NCBI GenBank assembly: GCA_965212015.1
Contig: OZ243037.1
Location: 608,001 to 672,000 of the forward strand
From: Cenarchaeum sp.
GTDB taxonomy: Archaea; Thermoproteota; Nitrososphaeria; Nitrososphaerales; Nitrosopumilaceae
Length of the DNA stretch: 64,000 nt
Direction of reading: 5' to 3'
Shown: positions 10,607 to 21,159 of the stretch, piece after piece
Position numbering within the stretch: position 1 is the stretch's first letter
Layout of the letters: each line of letters begins with the position of its first letter
Program-made: the position numbers and the translations under genes
The notes under the pieces: generated by a model
Database searches by the model: none
What the model was told of the DNA's origin: nothing
Seen by the model: only the letters and a program-made list of their open reading frames with translations

Positions 10607-12085
10607 TCACCCCTGCACGCCGCCCCATTGGTCGTCATTGTTCCTTACCATTCCCGCAAAGAATTCCGGATGCATTACGGCGGCGGCCACTGCTGCCTCT
10701 TTGTTGTTTTTCCTGTCCGCCATGATGTCCTTTTCCAGCCTGTCGATTATTCCGTGTCTTTTGAGAAAGTCAGTCGACAGCTCGCCGTTTTTGTACTCGT
10801 CGGTCCGCAGTATCGTCTTGTAGAGCGGAATCGAAGTCTCCACCCCGCCGATGTAAAAGTCGTTTAGCGCATTGAGCATCCTCAGCCTGGACTCCTCGAA
10901 TGTCTGGCCCCACGTGCAGAGCTTGGCCATCAGCGAGTCATAGTACGGCGAGACGGTGCATCCCGGATACAGGTACGTATCGCACCGGACACCAGGCCCG
11001 GCAGGAATGACCACGTCTGGAACGGGTCCTGTGGACGGCGCAAAGTCCAGAAACGTGTCCTCTGCGTTAATCCTGCACTCTATTGCATAGCCGTTCATGC
11101 GCAGATCCTTTTGCACAAAGGGCAGCGGCTCGCCGTTTGCAATGTCGATTTGCAGCTTTACAAGATCCAGCCCAGAGACGTACTCTGTAATGGGGTGCTC
11201 CACCTGGAGGCGCGCGTTTATCTCGATAAAGTAAAACTCCCCGTCGTCTGCGCGAAGAAACTCGGCGGTTCCAAGGTTGGTATAGTCGACTGCCTTTGCC
11301 GCCTTTACCACCAGCTCGCCTATCTCGTCGCGCTTTTTTTGATCCACTACAGGCGAGGGCGTCTGCTCTATTAGCTTCTGGTTCCGGCGCTGAATCGAGC
11401 ACTCCCTCTCAAATATGTGCACCGTGCCGCCGTGGCAGTCGCGCGCCATCTGGTACTCTATGTGCCTGGTCTTTTCAAGGAATTTCTCGACAATGATCGC
11501 CGACTTGCCCACGGCTGCCATCGACTCGCCTGTGACCTCCTCGTAGGCGCGCCGCAGATCATCATCGCCTGTCACCAGCCGGATTCCCCTGCCGCCGCCG
11601 CCATAGACTGACTTTAGCAGCACGGGATAGCCGATGCCGCCTGCCACCTGCACTGCCTCGTCGGCGTCGCCCACCAGGCCGGGGCTTCCCGGCACGGTCG
11701 GAACGCCGGCCTTTAGCATCGCGGCCTTGCACTCCATCTTGTCGCCGCAGAGGCCCATGGACTTTGCCGCAGGCCCGATAAAGTTTATCCTGTTTTTTTC
11801 GCACAGGCCTGCAAAGTCGTCATTCTCAGACAAAAAGCCGTATCCCGGATGTACTGCGTCTGCGCCAGATGACAGCATTACCTCCAGTATCTTTTCCTGG
11901 TTGAGGTACGACTCTGAGGGCGCCGCCTTGCCTATGTGGTACGACTCGGAGGCCTGCTTTACGTGCAGGGAGTTATAGTCCTCATCAGAGTATACTGCTA
12001 CAGTCTTGATTCCCAGGGCGTGGCACGTCCGGATTACCCTCAGTGCAATCTCTCCCCTGTTGGCGATGAGTACCTTTTCTATCAT
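10607..12085 (-). CDS. accC: Biotin carboxylase
   Basis: KVLIANRGEIA, HPGYGFLSEN, RECSIQRRNQK, EINARLQVEH. Confidence 0.97.
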   Translation of the reverse strand: MIEKVLIANRGEIALRVIRTCHALGIKTVAVYSDEDYNSLHVKQASESYHIGKAAPSESYLNQEKILEVMLSSGADAVHPGYGFLSENDDFAGLCEKNRINFIGPAAKSMGLCGDKMECKAAMLKAGVPTVPGSPGLVGDADEAVQVAGGIGYPVLLKSVYGGGGRGIRLVTGDDDLRRAYEEVTGESMAAVGKSAIIVEKFLEKTRHIEYQMARDCHGGTVHIFERECSIQRRNQKLIEQTPSPVVDQKKRDEIGELVVKAAKAVDYTNLGTAEFLRADDGEFYFIEINARLQVEHPITEYVSGLDLVKLQIDIANGEPLPFVQKDLRMNGYAIECRINAEDTFLDFAPSTGPVPDVVIPAGPGVRCDTYLYPGCTVSPYYDSLMAKLCTWGQTFEESRLRMLNALNDFYIGGVETSIPLYKTILRTDEYKNGELSTDFLKRHGIIDRLEKDIMADRKNNKEAAVAAAVMHPEFFAGMVRNNDDQWGGVQG

Positions 12086-12091
12086 GTCCAG

Positions 12092-13638
12092 TCACAGGTT
12101 TATGTTTCCGTGCTTTCTTGAGGGCTGTCCCGTCTTTTTTCCCGCAAGCATCTCTAGGGCCCTGATAAGCATGGGCCTCGTCTGGGCCGGATCGATTACT
12201 GCGTCGACTGTCCCGTGGGACGCAACGACGTACGGATTGTCGAACTTTTCGGTAAACTCGTTTATCAGCCCTTTTTTCAGCTCTTCTGGATTGTCCGCCC
12301 CTGCCAGGTCCTTTCTGTTGATTATCTTTACGGCGGCCTCTGCGCCAAGCACTGCGCACCGCGCAGTAGGCCAGGCATAGTTGACGTCGGTGCGGAGGTT
12401 CTTGCTTGCCATCGCAATGTATGCGCCGCCGTACGCCTTGCCGATTACCAGCGTTATCTTGGGGACAGTCGCCTCGCAGTATGCAAATAGTAGCTTGCTG
12501 CCGTGGCGGATTATGCCATTGTGCTCCTGATTCGAGCCCGGCATGTATCCGGGCGTGTCCACCAGCGTGATTATCGGAATGTTAAAAGAGTCGCAAAACC
12601 GGATGAACCGCGCCGCCTTGTTTGAAGAGTCGATGTCCAGCGCACCGGCAAGGCTCAGCGGCTGGTTGGCGACTATTCCGGCTGCGTGCCCGTTGAGCCT
12701 GCAAAAGCCCACAATTATGTTCGGCGCAAACAGCTCGTGGATTTCAAAGAACGCGTGATCGTCGGCCACCGAGCGGATTATCTCCTTCATGTCGTAGGGC
12801 TGCAGCGGATTCTCGGGCATTATGTTTATCAGGTTGTGATCCAGCCTGTTTGGATCGTCGCCGGTCCTTGTGCGCGGCGCCTTGTGCGCGTTGTTTTGCG
12901 GAAGAAACGAGAGCAGCCGCCTTATGTAGTCCATGCAGTCGTACTCGTTTTTTGCCACAAAGTGCGCCACGCCGCTCTTGGAGCCGTGCGTCATTGCGCC
13001 GCCGAGATCCTCAAAGGAGACCTCCTCGCCGAGGACCGTCTTTACCACGTCGGGCCCCGTCACAAACATGGTTGCGGATTTTTCAACCATGATTACAAAG
13101 TCCGTCATTGCCGGCGAATAGACCGAGCCGCCGGCAGAGGGGCCGATGCTGGCAGTGATCTGCGCACGACGCCAGATGCAAGCTCGTTGTGATAGAAAAT
13201 GTCAGCAAAGCCGTCCAGGCTCATTATCCCCTCCTGGATTCTCGCCCCGCCGGAGTCCATTATTCCGATGATGGGGCACCCAGTCTGCACCGCATGCCTC
13301 ATCAGCTTTGTGATTTTTCTGGCGCCCATCTGGCTGAGCGTCCCGCCAAGAATTGTAAAGTCGTATGCAAAGACAAAGATCTTGCGCCCGTCTATGGTGC
13401 CGTATCCCCCGACCACCCCGTCGCCGTAAAATTTTTTTTCCTGCATGCCGAACTCGTGATAGTGGTGCGTGACTAGCGAGTCTAACTCGGCAAAGGTTCC
13501 CGCGTCCAGCAGGAGATCGATTCGCTCCCTTGCGGTGAGCTTGCCCTTTTCGTGCTGCGCAGATATCCTGTCCTGGCCTCCCCCCCGAATCGCCGATCCT
13601 GTTTTTTTGGAATGCTGATCAAGCTTTTCAGAGTGCAT
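12092..13638 (-). CDS. pccB: Acetyl/propionyl-CoA carboxylase carboxyltransferase subunit, split by an apparent 1-bp deletion near 13164
   Basis: DSGGARIQEG in ORF 13105-13638 and KAYGGAY in ORF 12092-13108; restoring one base gives the conserved SGVVPQITASIGPSAGGSVYSPAMTDF. Confidence 0.9.
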
Positions 13639-13746
13639 AGTCTCAGCTGAATGTCAGGCTATATTATTTTGTCGGATTACCGGGGCGCCATACGATACTG
13701 TACGGCACAGAAATATATTTAACCAAAGTTGTGGGAATCACCCCAT

Positions 13747-14592
13747 ATGGTCGGCGACGTCAAGGCAACGGTGACATATCTGGAGCTGCTCAGGGAGGAT
13801 CTGGTGATAATACGGATAGTGCCGGAGGGCGGCGTCATTCCAGAGTATACCACCGGCCAGTTCCTTACCATAGGGATGAACATACCGTCTGAGAACCACA
13901 AGCTTGTCCGCAGGGCCTATTCCATCGCATCACACCCGGAAAACAAAAAGTATTTCGAGTTTGTCATACGCTGGGTGAGAAAGCCGCTGCCAGGCAGGGT
14001 GACTACGGAGCTGTTCTATGCAAGCGAGGGCGACACGGTATACCTGGGCAGTCCCACAGGCAACGCCCTTACGATAGACGATACGCTGCCAGACGGCTCA
14101 CCGGACAACAGGAGGATAGTCTGCGTCGGAGGCGGCACGGGCCTGGCCCCGTTCATAGCGTTTGCAGACCACCTGCACGACACCGGCGACAAGAGGGAGA
14201 TCATAGTGCTGCACGGGGCAAGCTATGTGGATGAGCTAAGCTACAAGGAGCACCTGACGGACCTGGAAAACGAGAGCATCGAGAGGGGGAAAAACAAGTG
14301 GGATTTCAAGTACAGGGCCGCAATCAGCCGCCCAAAGGAGAGGTTCAACCGCACGTGGATCGGCCACACGGGAAGAGTCGAGTCGTTCTTCAAGGCCGGA
14401 AAGGAAAAGACGTCCCCCATAGAGGATCTAGTCGGAGAAGAGATTACACCGGAGAATACAATGATCTACATATGCGGATACCAGGGCACGATCGACGGGG
14501 TGATAGAGCACGTCAAGAAAAAGGGCTTTGTAACCATGCACGACAAAAAAGACGACGGCAGCTATGCCATAAAGTTCGAGTCGTACGGCTAG
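13747..14592 (+). CDS. Ferredoxin-NADP+ reductase family flavoprotein
   Basis: RAYSIAS, GGGTGLAPF, YICGY, C-terminal ESY. Confidence 0.9.
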   Translation: MVGDVKATVTYLELLREDLVIIRIVPEGGVIPEYTTGQFLTIGMNIPSENHKLVRRAYSIASHPENKKYFEFVIRWVRKPLPGRVTTELFYASEGDTVYLGSPTGNALTIDDTLPDGSPDNRRIVCVGGGTGLAPFIAFADHLHDTGDKREIIVLHGASYVDELSYKEHLTDLENESIERGKNKWDFKYRAAISRPKERFNRTWIGHTGRVESFFKAGKEKTSPIEDLVGEEITPENTMIYICGYQGTIDGVIEHVKKKGFVTMHDKKDDGSYAIKFESYG

Positions 14593-14753
14593 CTTTTCTG
14601 CCGCATTATAAACTGCATGAGCGATTCCTTGGAATAGTCAATCCCGTGCATCTGCTCCATGTGTGATCCGAATTCATCTATGACGCTTTCAACCTTGCCT
14701 TCCGTTACAAAATTACACTCAAATCCGTAATCCGAACAGCGTAATTTGGCCAT
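14589..14753 (-). CDS. Small metal-binding protein, DUF1059-like (54 aa)
   Basis: Manual translation MAKLRCSDYGFECNFVTEG...FGSHMEQMHGIDY (C-x6-C, H-x4-H). Confidence 0.75.
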   Translation of the reverse strand: MAKLRCSDYGFECNFVTEGKVESVIDEFGSHMEQMHGIDYSKESLMQFIMRQKS

Positions 14754-14861
14754 GGTTGGTCGTAATTCGTGGAAAATAAATACATTAAGGTGTTTTCATT
14801 TGGACGGGCGTCCCAAATCAACGCCTGCGCCGCCGTTTTTGGCCCGCAGCCGCGCATGCGA

Positions 14862-16109
14862 TCACTCTTGTACCTGGGGTTTCTTTGGGGCCGCAATTAT
14901 CTTGTCTGCTATGGACTTTGTCAGATCCTCCAGTATCCGTATTGTAGTCTCATCCTCGCGGCCCAGCTGCTTTACTGCCTTTTGTATCTCGATCTTTCTT
15001 AGCGCATCAACGCCGGGGGCCGCTGCTACTGCGGGGCCCGGCTCTAGCTTGTCCATCATTGCGCCGATTATGGGCACCTCGTTGCCGATGATCTTTTCTA
15101 CCTGCGGAATCTTGGCGTTTCTGGCGCGAAGGCTTTCCTCTTCCTGCTCGGCAATCTGGTCCCGGAACATCAGCTTTATCCCAGAGATCGACGAGGCATC
15201 CTCGTTTACGGCCCTCGGCTCTGAGATGTCAAGAATCATCGTGCCGGTCTTTTTGTCCTCCATGACGCGCCCTATCGCGCCGCTTGTGACTATGTGATAG
15301 TCGGCAGTAGTCGCAACAAAGACAATGTCGAACTTGTCGAATCCGGCCATCGCGTCCTCAAATGACACCGGCTCGCCCTTTAGAATCCTGGAAAAGCCCG
15401 TGGCGCGCCCTATCGTCTTGCTGGTCACATCAAAGGGGCGCCCCCTCTTGTTGAGGGACTTTGCGACCAGGGCGGCAGTCTTGCCCGTGCCAATTAGGAG
15501 GATCTTTTTCTTTGCGTCGATTCCGACGCTTTTTTCGGCCATCATTACTGCAATGTCGCCTATCGTGATCACGTCGTCCCCTATGCCAGTCGACGCCCTG
15601 ATCTTTGTCCCCACCCGGATTACCGTGTCAAACAGCCTGCTTAAAATCCCGCCAGAGGCGCCGGATTCCTTTGCGAGCGAGACAGACGACCTTATCTCGT
15701 CGAGAATCTCCCCCTTGCCCACCACTATCGACTCGAGGCCGGTGGCCAGCCGCAGCAGGTGCGGGTAGAGGTCTGCGTTTCTGTACACCTCCAGTGTCTG
15801 ATCAAAGTGATCCAGATCCCACTGGTCTAGCTCGCACAGCGAGGTCCACGTCTTTTCTATCTGGTTGATTATAAGGCCCTCCCCTGCCGGGCTTCGCGCA
15901 TCTGGCGCATCAGGCTCCTTGTTGATTATCATAAACACCTCGGCCCTGCTGGCAGTCTGAAGTATCACTATCTCACTTACGCCGGAGATTTTTGCAAACG
16001 AGTCGTATGCTGCGTCCATGTCCTTAAAGCAGTACCGTTCCAGCTTGTGCAGCGGGATGTTCTTGTAGGTAAAGCGCGCGTTTATAATGTCAAAGTTGTT
16101 TTCGGCCAC
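14862..16109 (-). CDS. hemA: Glutamyl-tRNA reductase
   Basis: LQTASRAEV, GLESIVVG.GEIL, LLIGTG, ILDISEPRAV; Ser where the catalytic Cys of TCNR is expected. Confidence 0.8.
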   Translation of the reverse strand: MAENNFDIINARFTYKNIPLHKLERYCFKDMDAAYDSFAKISGVSEIVILQTASRAEVFMIINKEPDAPDARSPAGEGLIINQIEKTWTSLCELDQWDLDHFDQTLEVYRNADLYPHLLRLATGLESIVVGKGEILDEIRSSVSLAKESGASGGILSRLFDTVIRVGTKIRASTGIGDDVITIGDIAVMMAEKSVGIDAKKKILLIGTGKTAALVAKSLNKRGRPFDVTSKTIGRATGFSRILKGEPVSFEDAMAGFDKFDIVFVATTADYHIVTSGAIGRVMEDKKTGTMILDISEPRAVNEDASSISGIKLMFRDQIAEQEEESLRARNAKIPQVEKIIGNEVPIIGAMMDKLEPGPAVAAAPGVDALRKIEIQKAVKQLGREDETTIRILEDLTKSIADKIIAAPKKPQVQE

Positions 16110-16121
16110 CAGTCATCACCG

Positions 16122-16745
16122 TTATTTTTTAATCCTGTCGCGCCCGCCCTTTGCGGTTCTAAAGACGTTCATGCCAATGTGGTAGTTCTCGTAAAGGTGA
16201 TCAAGCTTTTCCAGGCTCTCCTGCGCCAGGCGTATCTCGTCGCCGCCGGCGCCAGAGTCCTTCAGGGAGTCAAGCCTCCGCTGCGCCTCCTGCCGGATTC
16301 TCTTTATGCCGATTTCATAGTTGGAGGATCCCCCGAATTCCTTGCTCAGTATGTACTGCGGGTCGTACTTTGGCGTGTTGTCAATGGGAATCTCTACCCT
16401 TTTTGAGATCTCTTGGGCCTCGTCGGCGCTAAGTATCGGGTGCGAGGGGACCCTGTCCTTTTTGTCAAGCCAGAACTCCGGCTCGCCGAGCTCCCTCCGG
16501 AATATCACATCGCCGCTGCGCTTGTCAGTAAACGTGTCTGCGGGTTTTTGCGCCTTTATCTCCTTGGCGGTGGCCCGGTACTGCTCCTCTGCTGCCGCAT
16601 CCACGGCGGCCCGGACCGCCTGCAGCCTTGCAGCCGACGCCCTGGCCTCTGCCTCGACTACGACAAGCTCGCTTGTGGCCGGTTCCTTCGGGGGCTTTGT
16701 CCCTCCTTTGGGCCCCGATTCTGCGGCCTTTACTGTTTCAGACAA
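16122..16745 (-). CDS. Conserved hypothetical protein
   Basis: 207-aa ORF co-oriented with neighbours; host-like composition. Confidence 0.65.
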   Translation of the reverse strand: MSETVKAAESGPKGGTKPPKEPATSELVVVEAEARASAARLQAVRAAVDAAAEEQYRATAKEIKAQKPADTFTDKRSGDVIFRRELGEPEFWLDKKDRVPSHPILSADEAQEISKRVEIPIDNTPKYDPQYILSKEFGGSSNYEIGIKRIRQEAQRRLDSLKDSGAGGDEIRLAQESLEKLDHLYENYHIGMNVFRTAKGGRDRIKK

Positions 16746-16764
16746 TGTGAATACCCCGAATCGG

Positions 16765-17082
16765 TCAAATTTTAAGATTTAGTAGCGGGAATTTCTTTGC
16801 CGCGGATTGCTGGTACGACAAAAATGCGTCCTTGTTCCCAAAACACCCGCGGCAGACGCAGAGCCGGGAGACCAGATCAGGATTGCAAATGTCCCCAAAC
16901 TCGCAGGAGGGACACCCCGCCGGGCCGCCGCATATCATGCATTTTAGCCCCCCGGTCTCGGCGCACTTTTCGTGCTTTACGCCGGCCCCCTTTTGCCACA
17001 GGCCCGCCTCGCCGGCATTGATTTTTTCATTGCATACAATGCACGTGCCCGGAAACTTCATGCTCAGCTTTATCCAGCTCAC
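16765..17082 (-). CDS. Cys-rich zinc-binding hypothetical protein
   Basis: Multiple CxxC motifs; overlaps RFC stop. Confidence 0.7.
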   Translation of the reverse strand: MSWIKLSMKFPGTCIVCNEKINAGEAGLWQKGAGVKHEKCAETGGLKCMICGGPAGCPSCEFGDICNPDLVSRLCVCRGCFGNKDAFLSYQQSAAKKFPLLNLKI

Positions 17083-18236
17083 AGCTTTGCCATCTCCTTG
17101 TCCAGAATCCCGGAGAATTCGTCGTCTATTTGAAGATCCAGCTTTTTGTTCTTAATGCACAGGAGCAGAAACGGGAAATAAAGCGTCCCAAAGGCGCTCC
17201 TAGAGACGTGCATCCGGGCACCCAGGACCCCAAAGAGCCTCTTTAGCGTCCTGCCGTCCCAGCGCAGCCTGTTTAGGAGCGGCCATGACAGATTGTACTG
17301 GCTGTACCGGACTGCCAGATCCCGGCCGTACAGCTTTTCCAGTATTGCATCCAGATATCGCAGCAGGCGCCACTGCTGTGTGCGAAATATCCTGCCGTAC
17401 AATAGATCCGCCTCAGACATCACCTGCATCATCCTGCTCATCTCGCGTTTTGACACGTCGGCCATTATTATGCTGGAATAAAAGGCGTTAATCTTTTCCC
17501 TCGGATCAATGCGCATGGAATACAGGATGGATCGCGCCTCGTCTGCAGTCTTTGCCTCAAAGAACGCATTTATGCCGTCCTCCGGTGCGGGCGATTCAGA
17601 CGACCTGTCAGTCTTTGGGTCAAACCCGGCGGCCAGTGACTGTGCAAGGTTGATCATCGAGCGCACGTCCCCCCGGGATTCCCCGATTACCTTTATCTCC
17701 GAGCCAGGCGAGAGCTTTGCGCCCTCCTTGTTCAGTATGTGCCGCAGGTATGCGCGAAGGAGTCTTGGCGGTATCGGCCTAAAGGGAACAGTCATTGCGG
17801 CCTTTTTTATTCCCTTCATCTTTGCCGATGCATCAGAGTTTGCCGCCAGGACTATCGGCACCTGGGCCTCTTTGATAATCCTGATTAGCGCCTCGGCGCC
17901 GCCAAAATCAGAGCGCCCGTGTATGCCGTCAACCTCGTCGACAAAGATCATCTGCCTTCCCAGTATGCCGGACCCCCCAAGGACCGGCTCTAGCACCGCG
18001 TTTATCCTGGACTTGCTTCTCGCGTCGCTGGCGTTGAGGCCTATCACGTCGTATCCGAACTGCGTGCCGGCCAGGCCGGCAGCGGTGGTCTTGCCGATTC
18101 CGGGCGGACCCACAAGAAGAAGCGCCTTTGATCCCCTTTTCCACTTTGCAAACCATTCCGTTATGGCAGAGCGCGCATCCTCGTTGCCTATCATGGCAGA
18201 GACGCTCTGCGGCCTGTATTTTTCAGACCACATCAT
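17079..18236 (-). CDS. rfcL: Replication factor C large subunit
   Basis: WSEKYRP, GPPGIGKT, LNASDAR, DEVDG. Confidence 0.92.
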   Translation of the reverse strand: MMWSEKYRPQSVSAMIGNEDARSAITEWFAKWKRGSKALLLVGPPGIGKTTAAGLAGTQFGYDVIGLNASDARSKSRINAVLEPVLGGSGILGRQMIFVDEVDGIHGRSDFGGAEALIRIIKEAQVPIVLAANSDASAKMKGIKKAAMTVPFRPIPPRLLRAYLRHILNKEGAKLSPGSEIKVIGESRGDVRSMINLAQSLAAGFDPKTDRSSESPAPEDGINAFFEAKTADEARSILYSMRIDPREKINAFYSSIIMADVSKREMSRMMQVMSEADLLYGRIFRTQQWRLLRYLDAILEKLYGRDLAVRYSQYNLSWPLLNRLRWDGRTLKRLFGVLGARMHVSRSAFGTLYFPFLLLCIKNKKLDLQIDDEFSGILDKEMAKL

Positions 18237-18242
18237 GACTGC

Positions 18243-19358
18243 TCACCCCGGAAGTCCAGACTCAAACCTCCCCCAAAGGTCCGCCTTTTGCAGCCGGTTG
18301 TACCAGAACTGGTTGTAATGCTCCACGGTAAGAAACAAAAAGTCCAAAAAGTCCGCATAGGCGAATTTTTCTGGCAGCAGATCCATTGCCAGCCGGGCGT
18401 CCCGGAGGTACATGGCGCTCTTTTCCATCGTCAGCTCGAATCCCTTTTTGACGTCGCCGGAGAGAAGCGAATAGTACAGCGGCCACGACGGAACCTTGAC
18501 TGTGCCGCTTTTTATCGAGTCCTCGATCTCGTTTCCGCATCCCACGCCCTCTGCGGCCCTCGCCATGCCAAGATAAAAGATCTCGCCTAGCGGCCTTGAG
18601 GCAAGCGCCATGTTGCGCCCCGCAGTTCCCATCACGGCCCGGTATTTCTTGTAGGATTCAGTCATGTCCTCCTCCGTAATTGCGGCAGGCCTCGACTTTA
18701 GCTTGATGTCCATGTACTGGCCTGCCCTGGCATCTGCAAAGCCGGCCTCAAACGTTGCAAGCACCTCTTCTCCGCCCCTGGCGATCTTTTGGCGGGCAAG
18801 CCTGAGAATGTAGGGGTTCATGAGCCTATAGTCGTCAAGATAGTCGAGATCCTCGTCCTTGTCTGCAATCCTGTCCATGGGCTCGCTCAGATCTATTGCG
18901 ATAATGTGCCCGTCGATCAGGTCCTGCTTTAGCTGCAAGTCACTGCGCCCGTCTAGCTCTGCTGCGGCGTCATACAGCGCGCTGAACACCGGAAGGGTCA
19001 TCTTTACAAAGTTGGAGTCAAGAATCCGCCCCACGCGATCCCCGAGCACCTCGGGATCGCCCAGCTTTGATCTAATCGGCCCTATCTGCGAGGGCTCCAG
19101 GCCCATCTCTGCGGAGCCGACCTGCTCGACGAACTCTTGCATGGTGGCAGCAGGGTCCCTGTCGGACTTTATCTCCCTGAGCAAGTCAGAGGCAAACCGC
19201 TGCCTGAATTTCGGAAATTCCAGCTCGTACTCTTTTTTGTACCTGTCAAACAGCTTGTAGCCACGGGATTTGAAAAGGCCCTGCCGGATGATCTGTTTTC
19301 CGGGCTTTGTGCCAAGTAGCGCCTCCTTGCTGGTAACTGACTGGTCCTTTCCGCTCAC
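18243..19358 (-). CDS. Conserved hypothetical protein
   Basis: 371-aa ORF, co-oriented with rfcL. Confidence 0.75.
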   Translation of the reverse strand: MSGKDQSVTSKEALLGTKPGKQIIRQGLFKSRGYKLFDRYKKEYELEFPKFRQRFASDLLREIKSDRDPAATMQEFVEQVGSAEMGLEPSQIGPIRSKLGDPEVLGDRVGRILDSNFVKMTLPVFSALYDAAAELDGRSDLQLKQDLIDGHIIAIDLSEPMDRIADKDEDLDYLDDYRLMNPYILRLARQKIARGGEEVLATFEAGFADARAGQYMDIKLKSRPAAITEEDMTESYKKYRAVMGTAGRNMALASRPLGEIFYLGMARAAEGVGCGNEIEDSIKSGTVKVPSWPLYYSLLSGDVKKGFELTMEKSAMYLRDARLAMDLLPEKFAYADFLDFLFLTVEHYNQFWYNRLQKADLWGRFESGLPG

Positions 19359-19434
19359 ACAGGTCAGGATCCCGCATACTTATTTATGCCTTCGAATATC
19401 TCGACTTAAATTATACGGCCTGTCATTTTTTGCC

Positions 19435-20232
19435 ATGGAGATAATCGACGCGCTAAAGGCGGCATCCCGGCAGGTTTTCAAAAACGTCAGCGGCATGGCG
19501 GGGACTGCTGATGCGGCAGGGGACTTTGGAGTCGGGGCAGGAGGCGACATTTCCAGGAACATCGACATTGTGGCAGAAAGGACGGTTATAGAATACTGCA
19601 AGAAAAACGGGCCCGAATGCGTGATTTTGGGAGAAGAGTGCGGCCGCGTCGAGACGTCTGGCAGTCCGGCCGGATTCCTGATCATGGATGCAATCGACGG
19701 CTCGGCAAACGCCGTAAGGGGGATCCCGTTTTTTTGCTGCTCGCTTGCGTTTGCGCAGACAGAAAGGCTAAGCTCCGTTACTGACGCCGTGGTGACTGAC
19801 CTTACCACCGGCGACATGTACTGGGCGGCAAGGGGAGGCGGGGCGTTTTTAAACGACACGCCGATTCACGTCTATGACGGAAATCCCCCGTACAGGATAG
19901 TCGGGATCAACACCTCGGGGGCAAAGCCGGAGCTGATGAAAAAGCTGCAGCCGGTTTTTGAGAACCACAACCACACTAGGCATTTTGGCGCAAACGCACT
20001 AGAGATGGCGCTTTTTGCGCGCGGCATGATGGATGCCTTTATCGACCTGAGGGGAAAGATAAGGGTTCAGGACATTGCCGCAGGATACCTGCTGGTAAAA
20101 GAGTCCGGCGGTTTGATCGTCGATGCTGATCTGAACCCGCTTGACTCGGATCTGAGCTATTCTACAAGGCTTTCGTTTATCGCCGCGGCAAACAAAAAGG
20201 TGCTCGACGAGATGCTGCGGCAGACAAGCTAA
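19435..20232 (+). CDS. Inositol monophosphatase / fructose-1,6-bisphosphatase family
   Basis: GEECG, DAIDGSAN, DIAAGYLL. Confidence 0.9.
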   Translation: MEIIDALKAASRQVFKNVSGMAGTADAAGDFGVGAGGDISRNIDIVAERTVIEYCKKNGPECVILGEECGRVETSGSPAGFLIMDAIDGSANAVRGIPFFCCSLAFAQTERLSSVTDAVVTDLTTGDMYWAARGGGAFLNDTPIHVYDGNPPYRIVGINTSGAKPELMKKLQPVFENHNHTRHFGANALEMALFARGMMDAFIDLRGKIRVQDIAAGYLLVKESGGLIVDADLNPLDSDLSYSTRLSFIAAANKKVLDEMLRQTS

Positions 20233-20306
20233 GCCGCATGCGGTTATACAGTACCGGATTTTATGCAGTCTTAAAATAATAAATTCGGCATGCGGTATTT
20301 ACTGGA

Positions 20307-20639
20307 ATGAGGAGGACGTACTGGAACAAGAGGGACGTGTGCGTCTGCTGCGGCAGGGGGCCCGAAAAGGACTCTAGAACACAGACTGGGGGCGGCACAA
20401 TAGACCTGTCCGGGGTTGCCTGCGACGCAAGGCCCGAAAAGGTCATCGCAATGCAGGTGCACCACATAAGATATTTCCCAGTGGTGTGCTGCTATGTGCA
20501 CTGGAAATGCCACAGGGAGATTCACGCCATCCCAAGCATGCACCTGCATTTGATACAGTACGAGGACAGAGGCGACAGGAGGTTTTACGAGCAGCAAAAG
20601 TCCAAATATCCGGATTCCCAGATCCCGCCCCCTGGCTGA
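20307..20639 (+). CDS. Small HNH-like/Zn-binding protein
   Basis: CVCCG...VHHIRY...VHWKCHREIH. Confidence 0.55.
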   Translation: MRRTYWNKRDVCVCCGRGPEKDSRTQTGGGTIDLSGVACDARPEKVIAMQVHHIRYFPVVCCYVHWKCHREIHAIPSMHLHLIQYEDRGDRRFYEQQKSKYPDSQIPPPG

Positions 20640-20863
20640 TTCCAAAAAAGCGCGCCGGGGATTGGCAGGGCGCCCGGGCAGGAGGGTCTGCCGGCTGGAA
20701 TCAGGACGTTTTTGGAATCACAGGCACGGAATATAGCTGATTGACGCCCACATGCCCCGTAGGAAACGGCATGCGATCAAGGCTGTGCGATTTACCCGCG
20801 CCATCTAAACAGTTACGGGCGATGTATTCCCTTAAATTATACGCATCAGAGAGTTTTTTTGAC

Positions 20864-20937
20864 GGGTCTATAGCGCAGCCAGGTAGCGCACCGGACTTTT
20901 AATCCGGCTGTCGTGGGTTCGAATCCCACTAGACCCG
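20864..20937 (+). tRNA. tRNA-Lys (UUU), intronless
   Basis: Acceptor GGGTCTA/TAGACCC, anticodon arm CCGGA-CTTTTAA-TCCGG, T arm GTGGG-TTCGAAT-CCCAC. Confidence 0.97.
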
Positions 20938-21159
20938 CTAAGGTTTTGTTGGGGGTTGAAAGGAGCTCGCGGTCTAAAACGCCCGGATCTGCCCGATTTT
21001 GCCATGTTCTGTGACCGGCCCCGAGGCTTATAATTTTATGTAAAAGACCCGCAATCTGGAGGTTGCGAGTCCCCTTTTTTTGGTCATGATATGGCGCGAT
21101 CAGCCGATTTTGATTATATAATAACCAACAGATAAAAACCAAGCCGCCCAAAATAACCT

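Noticed and set aside
46-20232. Many antisense and overlapping ORFs in core regions (also 59-64 kb, e.g. 62862-63899)
   Set aside because: Shadow frames of GC-rich genes with no recognisable motifs.
20846-21151. 101-aa minus-strand ORF or split integrase N-terminus
   Set aside because: GLVGFEPTT is the typical antisense translation of a tRNA, and there is no similarity to the integrases.
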